From positions 2,010,001-2,042,000 of the forward strand of contig NC_003450.3 of the NCBI RefSeq assembly GCF_000011325.1: a DNA stretch of 32,000 nt, given 5' to 3'. The position numbers and the translations under genes were made by a program. Every line of letters begins with the position of its first letter. Position 1 is the stretch's first letter. Positions 15,423-24,400 of the stretch are shown piece after piece. The notes beneath the pieces are model-generated. The model made no database searches and was not told the origin of the DNA. It saw only the letters and a list, made by a program, of their open reading frames with translations. Source of the DNA: Corynebacterium glutamicum ATCC 13032 (lineage in GTDB: Bacteria > Actinomycetota > Actinomycetes > Mycobacteriales > Mycobacteriaceae).

Positions 15423-16382
15423 ATGTCGGATAACAATGATCGTATGTACGAGCTTGAGTACCCGTCACCGGAGGTGAGTGGACAAACGGCCGGTGGCCCG
15501 ACGCTCATCGTTGCCCTCCAAGGCTATGCCGATGCCGGACACGCCGTGGAGTCCAGCTCATCACACTTAATGGACGCTCTAGACCACCGCTTGATCGCAT
15601 CGTTTAACAATGATGAACTTATTGATTACCGTTCCCGCCGCCCCGTGGTTGTCATTGAACACAATGAAGTGACCAGCATGGATGAGCTCAACCTGGGTTT
15701 GCATGTGGTGCGCGACAATGACAATAAGCCGTTCCTCATGCTTTCTGGCCCTGAACCAGACTTAAGATGGGGTGACTTTAGCAATGCTGTTGTCGATCTG
15801 GTGGAGAAATTCGGTGTGGAAAACACCATTTGTCTCTACGCAGCTCCCATGACGGTTCCTCACACTCGCCCCACCGTGGTGACCGCACACGGTAATTCAA
15901 CTGACCGCTTGAAAGACCAGGTGTCGTTGGATACGCGGATGACTGTGCCTGGTTCAGCCTCGCTGATGTTAGAGAAGCTGCTAAAGGATAAGGGTAAGAA
16001 TGTCTCCGGTTACACGGTGCATGTCCCCCATTATGTTTCTGCTTCTCCTTATCCTGCGGCTACCTTGAAGTTGCTGCAGTCCATTGCGGATTCAGCCGAC
16101 CTCAACCTTCCTCTGTTGGCTTTGGAACGCGACGCAGAAAAGGTGCACCGCCAGTTGATGGAGCAAACCGAGGAGTCTTCAGAGATTCAGCGTGTGGTTG
16201 GCGCATTAGAACAGCAATATGACAGTGAACTGGAGCGTTACCGCAACAGGCACCCTCAGGCAGTGATGCCTGGTGAATCTGAGCTTCCAAGCGGTGATGA
16301 GATTGGTGCGGAGTTTGAAAAATTCCTCGCTGATCTAGATGATCAAGGCGGATCGGATCACAAAGAAACTCCGGAAGCTTAA
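15423..16382 (+). CDS. PAC2 (proteasome assembly chaperone 2-like) family protein, 319 aa
   Basis: TLIVALQGYADAGHAVESSSSHLMDAL and PFLMLSGPEPDLRWGDF resemble the actinobacterial PAC2-family pattern. There is a strong SD, AAAGGAGGAAAA, directly before the ATG. Confidence 0.75.
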   Translation: MSDNNDRMYELEYPSPEVSGQTAGGPTLIVALQGYADAGHAVESSSSHLMDALDHRLIASFNNDELIDYRSRRPVVVIEHNEVTSMDELNLGLHVVRDNDNKPFLMLSGPEPDLRWGDFSNAVVDLVEKFGVENTICLYAAPMTVPHTRPTVVTAHGNSTDRLKDQVSLDTRMTVPGSASLMLEKLLKDKGKNVSGYTVHVPHYVSASPYPAATLKLLQSIADSADLNLPLLALERDAEKVHRQLMEQTEESSEIQRVVGALEQQYDSELERYRNRHPQAVMPGESELPSGDEIGAEFEKFLADLDDQGGSDHKETPEA

Positions 16383-16402
16383 CTTAGAACCGGCCTCCTT
16401 AT

Positions 16403-16460
16403 AAACCTCAGCGCGTCTCGTGTTTTCCACAGATGTGCTGAGGTTTTACCGTTTTTTAAT
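16403..16460 (+). terminator. Possible terminator after the PAC2-family gene
   Basis: aaacctcagc (16403-16412) pairs with gctgaggttt (16437-16446) across a long 24-nt loop, followed by taccgTTTTTT. Confidence 0.4.
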
Positions 16461-16493
16461 GCTGGTTACCCCCGGTGTCCCAGGCGTTAGCTA

Positions 16494-19046
16494 GTGTGGT
16501 TGATTGTGAACCTTTCTGAGATGCTTCCTGATCTTTCCGATGTCCCCGAGAGCTTGATGGATGAGTCCATTTTTGACAGCTTTTTAAGTTGGACCCGTGA
16601 GCGGGGAATTTCGCTGTACCCGGCTCAGGAAGAAGCAGCTTTAGGAATCTTGGCCGGGGACAATGTCATCCTGGCAACGCCTACTGGCTCGGGTAAGTCC
16701 ATGGTGGCTATCGCCGCCCACTTTATTGCCATGGCCAGAGGCCAGCGCAGTTTTTACACCGCCCCCATCAAGGCGTTGGTGAGCGAGAAGTTCTTTGCGC
16801 TGTGTGAGATCTTTGGTGCGGAAAACGTCGGCATGATGACTGGTGATGCAACAGTCAACGGCAAGGCGCCGATTATTTGTGCAACGGCGGAGATTGTCGC
16901 CAATATTGCCTTGCGTGATGGCTCTGGCGCTGCGATTGATCAAGTAGTGATGGATGAATTCCACTACTACTCAGAGCCAGACCGCGGTTGGGCATGGCAG
17001 GTACCACTGCTGGAACTATCACGCGCGCAATTCCTGCTGATGTCAGCCACCTTGGGTGATACCGAATGGTTGGAAAAGGACCTGCAGCAACGCACTGGCC
17101 GCACAGCAAACTTTGTTGGAGGCACCGAGCGTCCTGTTCCCTTGGAGTTTTCCTATGTGTACACCCCAGTGCACGAAACCATCGAGGAGCTGCTGAAAGA
17201 TTCCAAGGCACCCATCTATGTTGTGCACTTCACCCAGCGTGATGCGATTGAACGAGCCCAAGCATTAACGTCCCTCACGGTGGTGAACAAGGAAGAAAAA
17301 GAGCGCATCGCTGAAGAGATCGGCGATTTCCGCTTCAGCACCACCTTTGGAAAAACGCTATCCAAGCTCCTGCGCCGAGGCATCGGAGTCCACCACGCTG
17401 GCATGCTTCCCAAGTACCGTCGTTTGGTGGAAAAGCTCTCCCAAACGGGTCTGCTGAAGGTTATTTGCGGTACTGACACCTTGGGTGTGGGCATCAACGT
17501 GCCTATTCGCACCGTGCTCATGACCGGCTTGGTCAAGTTTGATGGGTCGCGGGAACGTGTATTGAAGTCCCGTGAATTCCACCAGATCGCTGGCCGTGCG
17601 GGACGCGCTGGCTATGACACGATCGGCACCGTAGTTATCCAAGCCCCGGAGCATGAGATTGAGAACCACCGCCTGCGTGAAAAGGCTGGACAAGACCCCA
17701 AGAAGCTCAAGAAGCTACGTCTTAAAGCCACTCGCCCCGGTGAGGTGACGTGGACCAAGAAGACCTATGAACGCCTCACCACTGCAGAACCAGAGCAACT
17801 GACCAGCTACTTCAAGGTCAGTAACTCCATGCTGCTCAATGTTATTGCCCGACCTGGCGATGGCTACCAGCACATGAAGCACTTGTTGCGGACCAACCAT
17901 GACACCCGCACCAAGCAGAACAAGGACATCCTCACTGCTGTTGAGCTATTCAAGGGCTTGATCAATGCGGGCATCGTGGAAAAAGTCCCAGATGGACCCG
18001 ACGCTACGGGTCGCATCTATGCCCTCACGGAAGAACTTCAGCGAGATTTCGCGCTCAACCAGCCCCTTGCGCCTTTCGCTTTGGCTGCACTGACTCTGCT
18101 GGACAAAGAATCTGAAACCTACACCCTCGACGTGATCAGTGTGTTTGAAGCAATCCTGGAAGATCCCCGACAGATCCTCCTTGCGCAGCAAAAAGCACAG
18201 CGCGGTGAAGAGATTGAAGCTCTTAAAGCCGAAGGCGTTGATTACAACGAACGCATGGCCATCATTGAGGATGTCACCTGGCCAAAGCCACTGGAAGAGG
18301 AACTGGAAAGCGCCTTCGAGACCTTCCGTGAAGGACACCCGTGGGCAAAGGAATTTGAGCTCAAACCCAAATCCGTTGTGCGCGACATGATCGAACACGG
18401 CATGACCTTCTCTGATTTGGTGGCTACCTACGGTGTGGCCAGGTCAGAGGGTGTTGCGCTGCGCTACCTCACCGATGCCTGGCGTACTCTCCAACACTCA
18501 CTGCCTACGGAAGCTCGCACCGAGGAACTTGATGATGTTGTGGTGTGGTTGGGCGAACTGATCAAACAGGTCGACTCCTCCCTGGTGGATGAGTGGGCTC
18601 AGATGGCGGATCCAGAAGCACCGATCAGCAAGGAAGCGCTGGAACGAGAGCTCGCCTTCGGCGTGGAAGACCCAACAGCACTTACCGCCAACCGCAGGGC
18701 ATTTACCATCATGGTGCGCAACGCCATGTTCCGCCTTGTGGAGCTATTTGCTTATGAAAAGGAAGATCAGCTTAGTCAGATGACTGAATACCTGGATGAG
18801 GCTCCTGATTTCGGTGCTGCGATGGATGCGTACTTTGATGAATATGCGGATCTTGATACCGGCCCGGCAGCTCGTGGACCAGAGTTCTTCAAGGTAGAGC
18901 ACACGGGAAGAATGTGGGAGGTGCGTCAGGTGGTGAAGGATCCAGAAGGTGATAATTCCTTCGCGTTTGTTGCCACCATTGATCTTGATGCCTCTGATGA
19001 TGCAGGTGAGGTGCGTTTTGGATCGCTGTCGATTGACCACAACTAG
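16494..19046 (+). CDS. Ski2-like DEAD/DEAH-box helicase with a long C-terminal domain (DUF3516-like), ~850 aa
   Basis: Helicase motifs readable: motif I LATPTGSGKS, motif II VMDEFHYY, motif III SATL, motif VI HQIAGRAGRAGYD. The start is uncertain: GTG 16494 (track), GTG 16506 (TAGTGT hexamer 8 nt upstream) or ATG 16521. Confidence 0.88.
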   Translation: MWLIVNLSEMLPDLSDVPESLMDESIFDSFLSWTRERGISLYPAQEEAALGILAGDNVILATPTGSGKSMVAIAAHFIAMARGQRSFYTAPIKALVSEKFFALCEIFGAENVGMMTGDATVNGKAPIICATAEIVANIALRDGSGAAIDQVVMDEFHYYSEPDRGWAWQVPLLELSRAQFLLMSATLGDTEWLEKDLQQRTGRTANFVGGTERPVPLEFSYVYTPVHETIEELLKDSKAPIYVVHFTQRDAIERAQALTSLTVVNKEEKERIAEEIGDFRFSTTFGKTLSKLLRRGIGVHHAGMLPKYRRLVEKLSQTGLLKVICGTDTLGVGINVPIRTVLMTGLVKFDGSRERVLKSREFHQIAGRAGRAGYDTIGTVVIQAPEHEIENHRLREKAGQDPKKLKKLRLKATRPGEVTWTKKTYERLTTAEPEQLTSYFKVSNSMLLNVIARPGDGYQHMKHLLRTNHDTRTKQNKDILTAVELFKGLINAGIVEKVPDGPDATGRIYALTEELQRDFALNQPLAPFALAALTLLDKESETYTLDVISVFEAILEDPRQILLAQQKAQRGEEIEALKAEGVDYNERMAIIEDVTWPKPLEEELESAFETFREGHPWAKEFELKPKSVVRDMIEHGMTFSDLVATYGVARSEGVALRYLTDAWRTLQHSLPTEARTEELDDVVVWLGELIKQVDSSLVDEWAQMADPEAPISKEALERELAFGVEDPTALTANRRAFTIMVRNAMFRLVELFAYEKEDQLSQMTEYLDEAPDFGAAMDAYFDEYADLDTGPAARGPEFFKVEHTGRMWEVRQVVKDPEGDNSFAFVATIDLDASDDAGEVRFGSLSIDHN

Positions 19047-19163
19047 GGGTTTGCGTCGAAAAGCAAGCACGCCTGGTGCCTGATTTGAGCGGTTTTACCT
19101 ATGGCGCTTTGGCGCCGTCAAACTGTCCCAGCGATTTCATTATTATTTTCGTGCATTCACCGT

Positions 19164-19169
19164 TATAGT
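19164..19169 (+). promoter_or_regulatory. Candidate -10 hexamer TATAGT, 7 nt before the oxyR ATG (leaderless-type context)
   Basis: cgtTATAGTtataggcATG: no SD is present, and the spacing fits transcription initiating at the A of the ATG. Confidence 0.45.
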
Positions 19170-19176
19170 TATAGGC

Positions 19177-20160
19177 ATGAGCAATAAAGAGTACCGGCCC
19201 ACACTCGCCCAGCTTCGCACCTTTGTCACCATCGCAGAATGCAAGCACTTTGGTACTGCTGCCACCAAGCTGTCCATTTCGCAGCCATCCCTCTCCCAGG
19301 CACTTGTCGCATTAGAAACAGGCCTGGGAGTTCAGCTGATTGAACGCTCCACCCGCAAGGTCATTGTCACCCCAGCGGGCGAGAAGTTGCTGCCATTCGC
19401 CAAATCCACCCTTGACGCGGCGGAGTCTTTCCTCTCCCACGCCAAGGGCGCCAACGGTTCGCTCACTGGACCGTTGACCGTAGGCATCATCCCCACGGCG
19501 GCTCCTTACATTTTGCCGTCAATGCTGTCCATCGTGGATGAAGAATATCCAGATCTGGAACCTCACATCGTCGAGGACCAAACCAAGCATCTTCTCGCGT
19601 TGCTGCGCGACGGCGCCATCGACGTCGCCATGATGGCCCTGCCTTCTGAGGCACCAGGCATGAAGGAAATCCCCCTCTACGACGAAGACTTTATCGTCGT
19701 TACAGCTAGCGATCACCCCTTCGCCGGCCGCCAAGACTTAGAACTATCCGCCTTAGAAGACCTCGATCTGCTGCTTCTCGACGACGGACACTGCCTCCAC
19801 GACCAAATTGTGGACCTGTGCCGCCGCGGAGACATCAACCCCATTAGCTCCACTACTGCTGTCACCCGCGCATCCAGCCTTACCACCGTCATGCAGCTCG
19901 TCGTCGCCGGCCTTGGATCCACCTTGGTCCCAATCAGCGCAATCCCATGGGAATGCACCCGACCAGGACTGGCAACAGCCAACTTCAACTCTGATGTCAC
20001 CGCAAACCGCCGCATTGGATTGGTGTACCGTTCCTCTTCTTCTCGCGCCGAAGAGTTCGAACAGTTTGCACTCATTTTGCAGCGCGCTTTCCAAGAAGCC
20101 GTCGCGCTTGCTGCCTCAACTGGCATCACCTTGAAGCAAAATGTCGCGGTAGCGCAGTAA
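19177..20160 (+). CDS. oxyR: LysR-family hydrogen-peroxide-sensing regulator
   Basis: N-terminal HTH is LAQLRTFVTIAECKHFGTAATKLSISQPSLSQALVALE. The redox-cysteine context LLDDGHCLHDQIVDLCRRG corresponds to the OxyR GHCLRDQ...C pair. It is 327 aa. Confidence 0.88.
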   Translation: MSNKEYRPTLAQLRTFVTIAECKHFGTAATKLSISQPSLSQALVALETGLGVQLIERSTRKVIVTPAGEKLLPFAKSTLDAAESFLSHAKGANGSLTGPLTVGIIPTAAPYILPSMLSIVDEEYPDLEPHIVEDQTKHLLALLRDGAIDVAMMALPSEAPGMKEIPLYDEDFIVVTASDHPFAGRQDLELSALEDLDLLLLDDGHCLHDQIVDLCRRGDINPISSTTAVTRASSLTTVMQLVVAGLGSTLVPISAIPWECTRPGLATANFNSDVTANRRIGLVYRSSSSRAEEFEQFALILQRAFQEAVALAASTGITLKQNVAVAQ

Positions 20161-20195
20161 GTTTTTCTAGAGGTTTTCCAGAGTCAGCTACAAGC

Positions 20196-20254
20196 AAAAA
20201 GCCCTTTCCATTGATGCACACCAACGTGAGATTCAAGGGAAAGGGCTTTATTGA
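20196..20254. terminator. Possible shared hairpin terminator between convergent oxyR and the membrane-protein gene
   Basis: aaagccctttcc (20198-20209) pairs with ggaaagggcttt (20238-20249). The 28-nt loop has an internal ttga/tcaa pairing. The A/T runs are part of the stem, so the U-tracts are weak. Confidence 0.45.
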
Positions 20255-20273
20255 TTGCAGAATGCCTACTGCA

Positions 20274-21365
20274 TTAGCGGCGCTCCACCGGAATATTTCC
20301 ACCACTGATCTGGCGGTAAATATGAACGGTAGACAGCATCATTACTGGCAGCACGATGATCAGGCCGAAACCGATCGTGAAAATACCGATGATGAGTGTG
20401 GCAAACCCGCCAACCAGGGAGAACAGCAACAACATTGGGTAGTTGCGCAGCGAGTCCTTGAAACCAGTTTGAACAGCGCTTCCTGCAGTGTGGTGACCAT
20501 CAGCTGTGTAGTACACCCAGTAGGAGTACAGAGGATTGATGAAGAACAACACCAGGTAGACGATGAAGAACATGCCTAAACCGCTGTTATTGACCTCAAC
20601 GGTACCGGCAGCGTCATTAAACGACACCAGATTTTGAGTGAGAAAAGTGGTGAAGGTGCCCAGGATGATGCCGAAGATACCCAGCCCCACCATCAGAATC
20701 ACTGTTTGACCAACATTGATGGGTTTAAAGAAATCACCGAAGCGAACTTTGTGTCCATCAACAGAAAGCAGTGCACCGCGCATGACGCAAATGGTTATTG
20801 CGAAGGTGATGATTCCGATAGCTACGTTCAACAGGGTCTCGGAAACCGAAAAACCAGAAGTCGTCGTGCCCGCATTAGGGTCGATCAAAAATGATAAGTA
20901 GCCAAGCAACCCACTCACAATCATGAACGCAAGGCCAAGACCGACGGTGCCCAAAATCCACACTGCTGGATTGGCAAACGTGGCTTTGAATCCGAAGCGA
21001 ATCGCCCGCATGATGTCGACTTTGCCGTTGCTCGCTTCCAGCGCCACGTCGTTCTGCGGTGAAGTAGCGCCATAACCTTGGTAGGAATTCTGGTACGGAG
21101 TCTGCGGGTATGGCTGACCGTAGCCTCCATATCCCGAAGCATTACCCGGGCCAAAGCCCTGACCATTGCCCTGACCATTGCCCTGAGCGTTGCCCCGGCT
21201 GTTACCCTGGCCGTTTCCCTGGAATCCTCCCGGCGCGTCCTCCGGATGCGAGGTCGGACCGTACTGGGAATCCTTATTTAGGTTCTGCCAGGATTGATCC
21301 CAGGACTGCTCGCGCGATGTGTCGTCGCCCTCACCGTTGTTGTTCGTCTGGTCGTCGCGGCTCAT
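20274..21365 (-). CDS. Polytopic membrane protein with a Gly/Gln/Asn/Tyr-rich disordered N-terminus, 363 aa
   Basis: The N-terminal ~110 aa are low-complexity (GGFQGNGQGNSRGNAQGNGQGNGQGFGPGNASGYGGYGQPYPQTPYQNSYQGYG). About six hydrophobic segments follow. AGGGAGGG lies upstream of the ATG at 21365. Confidence 0.8.
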   Translation of the reverse strand: MSRDDQTNNNGEGDDTSREQSWDQSWQNLNKDSQYGPTSHPEDAPGGFQGNGQGNSRGNAQGNGQGNGQGFGPGNASGYGGYGQPYPQTPYQNSYQGYGATSPQNDVALEASNGKVDIMRAIRFGFKATFANPAVWILGTVGLGLAFMIVSGLLGYLSFLIDPNAGTTTSGFSVSETLLNVAIGIITFAITICVMRGALLSVDGHKVRFGDFFKPINVGQTVILMVGLGIFGIILGTFTTFLTQNLVSFNDAAGTVEVNNSGLGMFFIVYLVLFFINPLYSYWVYYTADGHHTAGSAVQTGFKDSLRNYPMLLLFSLVGGFATLIIGIFTIGFGLIIVLPVMMLSTVHIYRQISGGNIPVERR

Positions 21366-21437
21366 TGTTTTTCGTCGCCCTCCCTATAGTGATTAGTTCA
21401 CCTCCAGACTACCTGGCACCGCGTGGGCTGCTTTCAC

Positions 21438-21465
21438 TTGGACTTTCGGCAAAGACAAGTAGAAT
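21438..21465 (+). promoter_or_regulatory. Candidate promoter TTGGAC-N16-TAGAAT for hrpA
   Basis: The -35-like TTGGAC is at 21438-21443 and the -10 TAGAAT is at 21460-21465. The ATG lies 12 nt downstream, implying a very short leader. Confidence 0.35.
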
Positions 21466-21477
21466 TAGCCCCTAGTC

Positions 21478-24400
21478 ATGACTACTTCTGAAACTGCCCC
21501 ATCAAAGGCTTCCCTGTATGAACTTTTAGAGGGCGTATCCCTCTCCGACGAGCGCACGTTTAGGCGCCGACTGTCCAAAGCCCGCGCGCCCAAGGCGCTT
21601 GGTGCGATTAAGGCTGATATCGATAAGGCACGCTTGCTTATCGACGAAAAGAGCCAGTTAATTCCGTCTATCACCTACCCAGAAAACCTTCCGGTGAGTT
21701 CCCGGCGCGATGATATCGCCGAGGCTATCCGTGATAATCAGGTGGTTATTATCGCCGGTGAGACTGGTTCGGGTAAGACGACTCAGATTCCTAAGATTTG
21801 TTTGGACCTAGGCCGTGGCCGGCGTGGGCTCATTGGCCACACACAGCCACGTCGATTAGCAGCTAGGACCGTCGCCGAGCGCATCGCCGATGAATTGGGG
21901 CAAGACATCGGCGAATCGGTGGGTTATGCGATTCGTTTTGATGATCGAGTTTCCTCGCATACATCCGTGAAGTTGATGACGGATGGTATTTTGCTTGCTG
22001 AAATGCAGCGGGATCGTTTCCTCAATGCGTATGACACCATCATCATCGATGAGGCGCATGAACGTTCCCTCAACATTGACTTCATTCTGGGTTATTTGCG
22101 CCAGTTGTTGCCTAAGCGCCCTGATCTTAAAGTCATTATTACCTCCGCAACGATTGACCCTGAGCGTTTCGCGGAGCACTTTGCTGATGCTTCTGGAAAA
22201 CCAGCACCAATTATCGAGGTCTCCGGCCGCACCTTCCCGGTAGAGATCCGTTATCGCCCACTTGAGGTATTAGACGGCGATAAAATTATCGATACCGATC
22301 CCCTTGACGGCTTGTGTTCTGCTTTGGAAGAGCTCATGGCTGAAGGCGACGGCGATATCCTCTGCTTCTTTGCCGGTGAGCGTGATATCCGCGATGCCAT
22401 GGAGGCAATCGAGGCCCGACGCTGGAAAGGTGTGGAAGTCACTCCCCTGTTTGGCCGCCTGTCCAACCAGGAGCAGCACCGTGTATTTAGCCCGCACTCT
22501 GGTCGACGCATTGTGCTTTCCACCAATATCGCAGAGACATCCCTGACGGTTCCGGGCATTCACTACGTGGTTGATACCGGTACGGCGCGTATCTCTCGTT
22601 ATTCAGTGCGCACCAAGGTGCAGCGCCTTCCGATTGAGAACATTTCCCAGGCCAGCGCAAACCAGCGTTCTGGTCGTTGTGGTCGTGTCGCAGACGGTAT
22701 TGCGATTCGTTTGTATTCCGAAGATGATTTCAACTCTCGCCCAGAGTTCACCGATCCGGAAATTCTGCGCACCAACTTGGCGAGCGTTATTTTGCGCATG
22801 GCGTCGCTGCGTCTTGGCGATATTAATGATTTCCCCTTCGTCCAAGCCCCAGAGCAACGCTCCATCAGGGATGGTATTTTGCTGCTCCACGAGTTGGGCG
22901 CACTCACCGACGACACCCAAGCCGATGGTTCACCGCAGCTCACCCAGATCGGTAAAGACTTAGCCAACATCCCAGTCGATCCCCGCATGGCCCGCATGCT
23001 CGTAGAAGCCAACACTCTAGGCTGCCTGCATTCTGTCATGGTCATTGTGTCCGCTCTGACGATTCAAGATGTTCGCGAACGCCCCCTGGAATTCCAAGCC
23101 CAAGCTGATCAAGCCCACGCTAGGTTCAAGGACACCACCTCAGATTTCTTAGGCTTTTTGAAACTGTGGGAGTACATCGCCGATCAGCGCAATCAAAGCA
23201 GCGGCAATTCCTTCCGCAAGCAGATGAAAAAAGAATTCCTCCACTACATGCGTATCCGCGAGTGGTGGGATTTGGTGCGCCAATTAGAGCAGATTGGCCA
23301 GCAACTTGGTTGGGCAAAGAAGGAGCAGGTTGCAGGCACCGCCAGCCCTGACATCATTCACCAATCCTTGCTCACCGGTCTGCTCTCGCAAATCGGTTCC
23401 CGTGATGGTGAGAGCAAAGAATTCACTGGAGCCAGAGGTACCAAATTCTTGGTCTTTCCTGGTTCTGCGCTAACCAAGAAGCCGCCACAGTTCATCATGG
23501 CTGGCCAATTGGTAGAAACCTCACGTTTGTGGGCTCGCGATGTAGCCAAGATTGAACCAGAGTGGGTGGAAAAAGCAGCCGGCCCATTGCTCAAGCACCA
23601 ATACTCTGAACCGTATTGGTCCTCAAAGCGTGGCGCTGCCATGGTGCACCGCAAATCAACGCTCTACGGTGTGACAATTGTTGCCGACAAGGTAGTTCCC
23701 TACCACACGGTTGATCCCGTGGCTGCGCGCGATATGTTCATCCGCCATGCCCTCATCGAAGGCGATTGGTCCACTCACCACCGCTTCTACCACGACAACG
23801 TGGCCAAATTGGAGGCAATCGGAGAACTTGAAGCCAAGGCGCGTCGCCGCGACATCGTCGTAGATGAAGACACCCTGTTTGATTTCTACGATGCCAAGCT
23901 TCCAAGCAACGCCACCACCACCCGCAATTTCGATTCCTGGTGGAAGAAAACATCACGCGTCACACCAGATCTTCTCGATTTCGACCCAGATAGTCTGATC
24001 AACGAAGACGCTGACGGCGTTAACGAAGAAGCCTTCCCCGACAAGTGGATTAAAGGCAGCCTGATCTTCGATCTCAGCTACCACTTCGAACCCGGCCACC
24101 GCGATGACGGCGTCACAGTCCTCATCCCCATTCCAGTGCTGGGTGGACTTGATACCGAAGGCTTCGATTGGCTAGTTCCAGGCTTAAGGCTTGATTTGGT
24201 GACCGAGTTAATCCGCACCATGCCTAAGGCTTTACGACGCACCGTTGTCCCTGCCCCGGATTTCGCCGAGCGGGTCTTGCCGTTACTGCGTCCCTACATG
24301 ACACCACTGACCACCCAACTTGCCGATGCACTCCATACCCTGGGCGGCCAAGGAATCAACGCCTCTGATTTCGATCCTGCCAAACTCCCCGATCACCTGC

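Noticed and set aside
19100-19116. Short GC hairpin ggcgc-tttg-gcgcc after the 850-aa helicase as a terminator
   Set aside because: The stem is only 5 bp and no U-tract follows.
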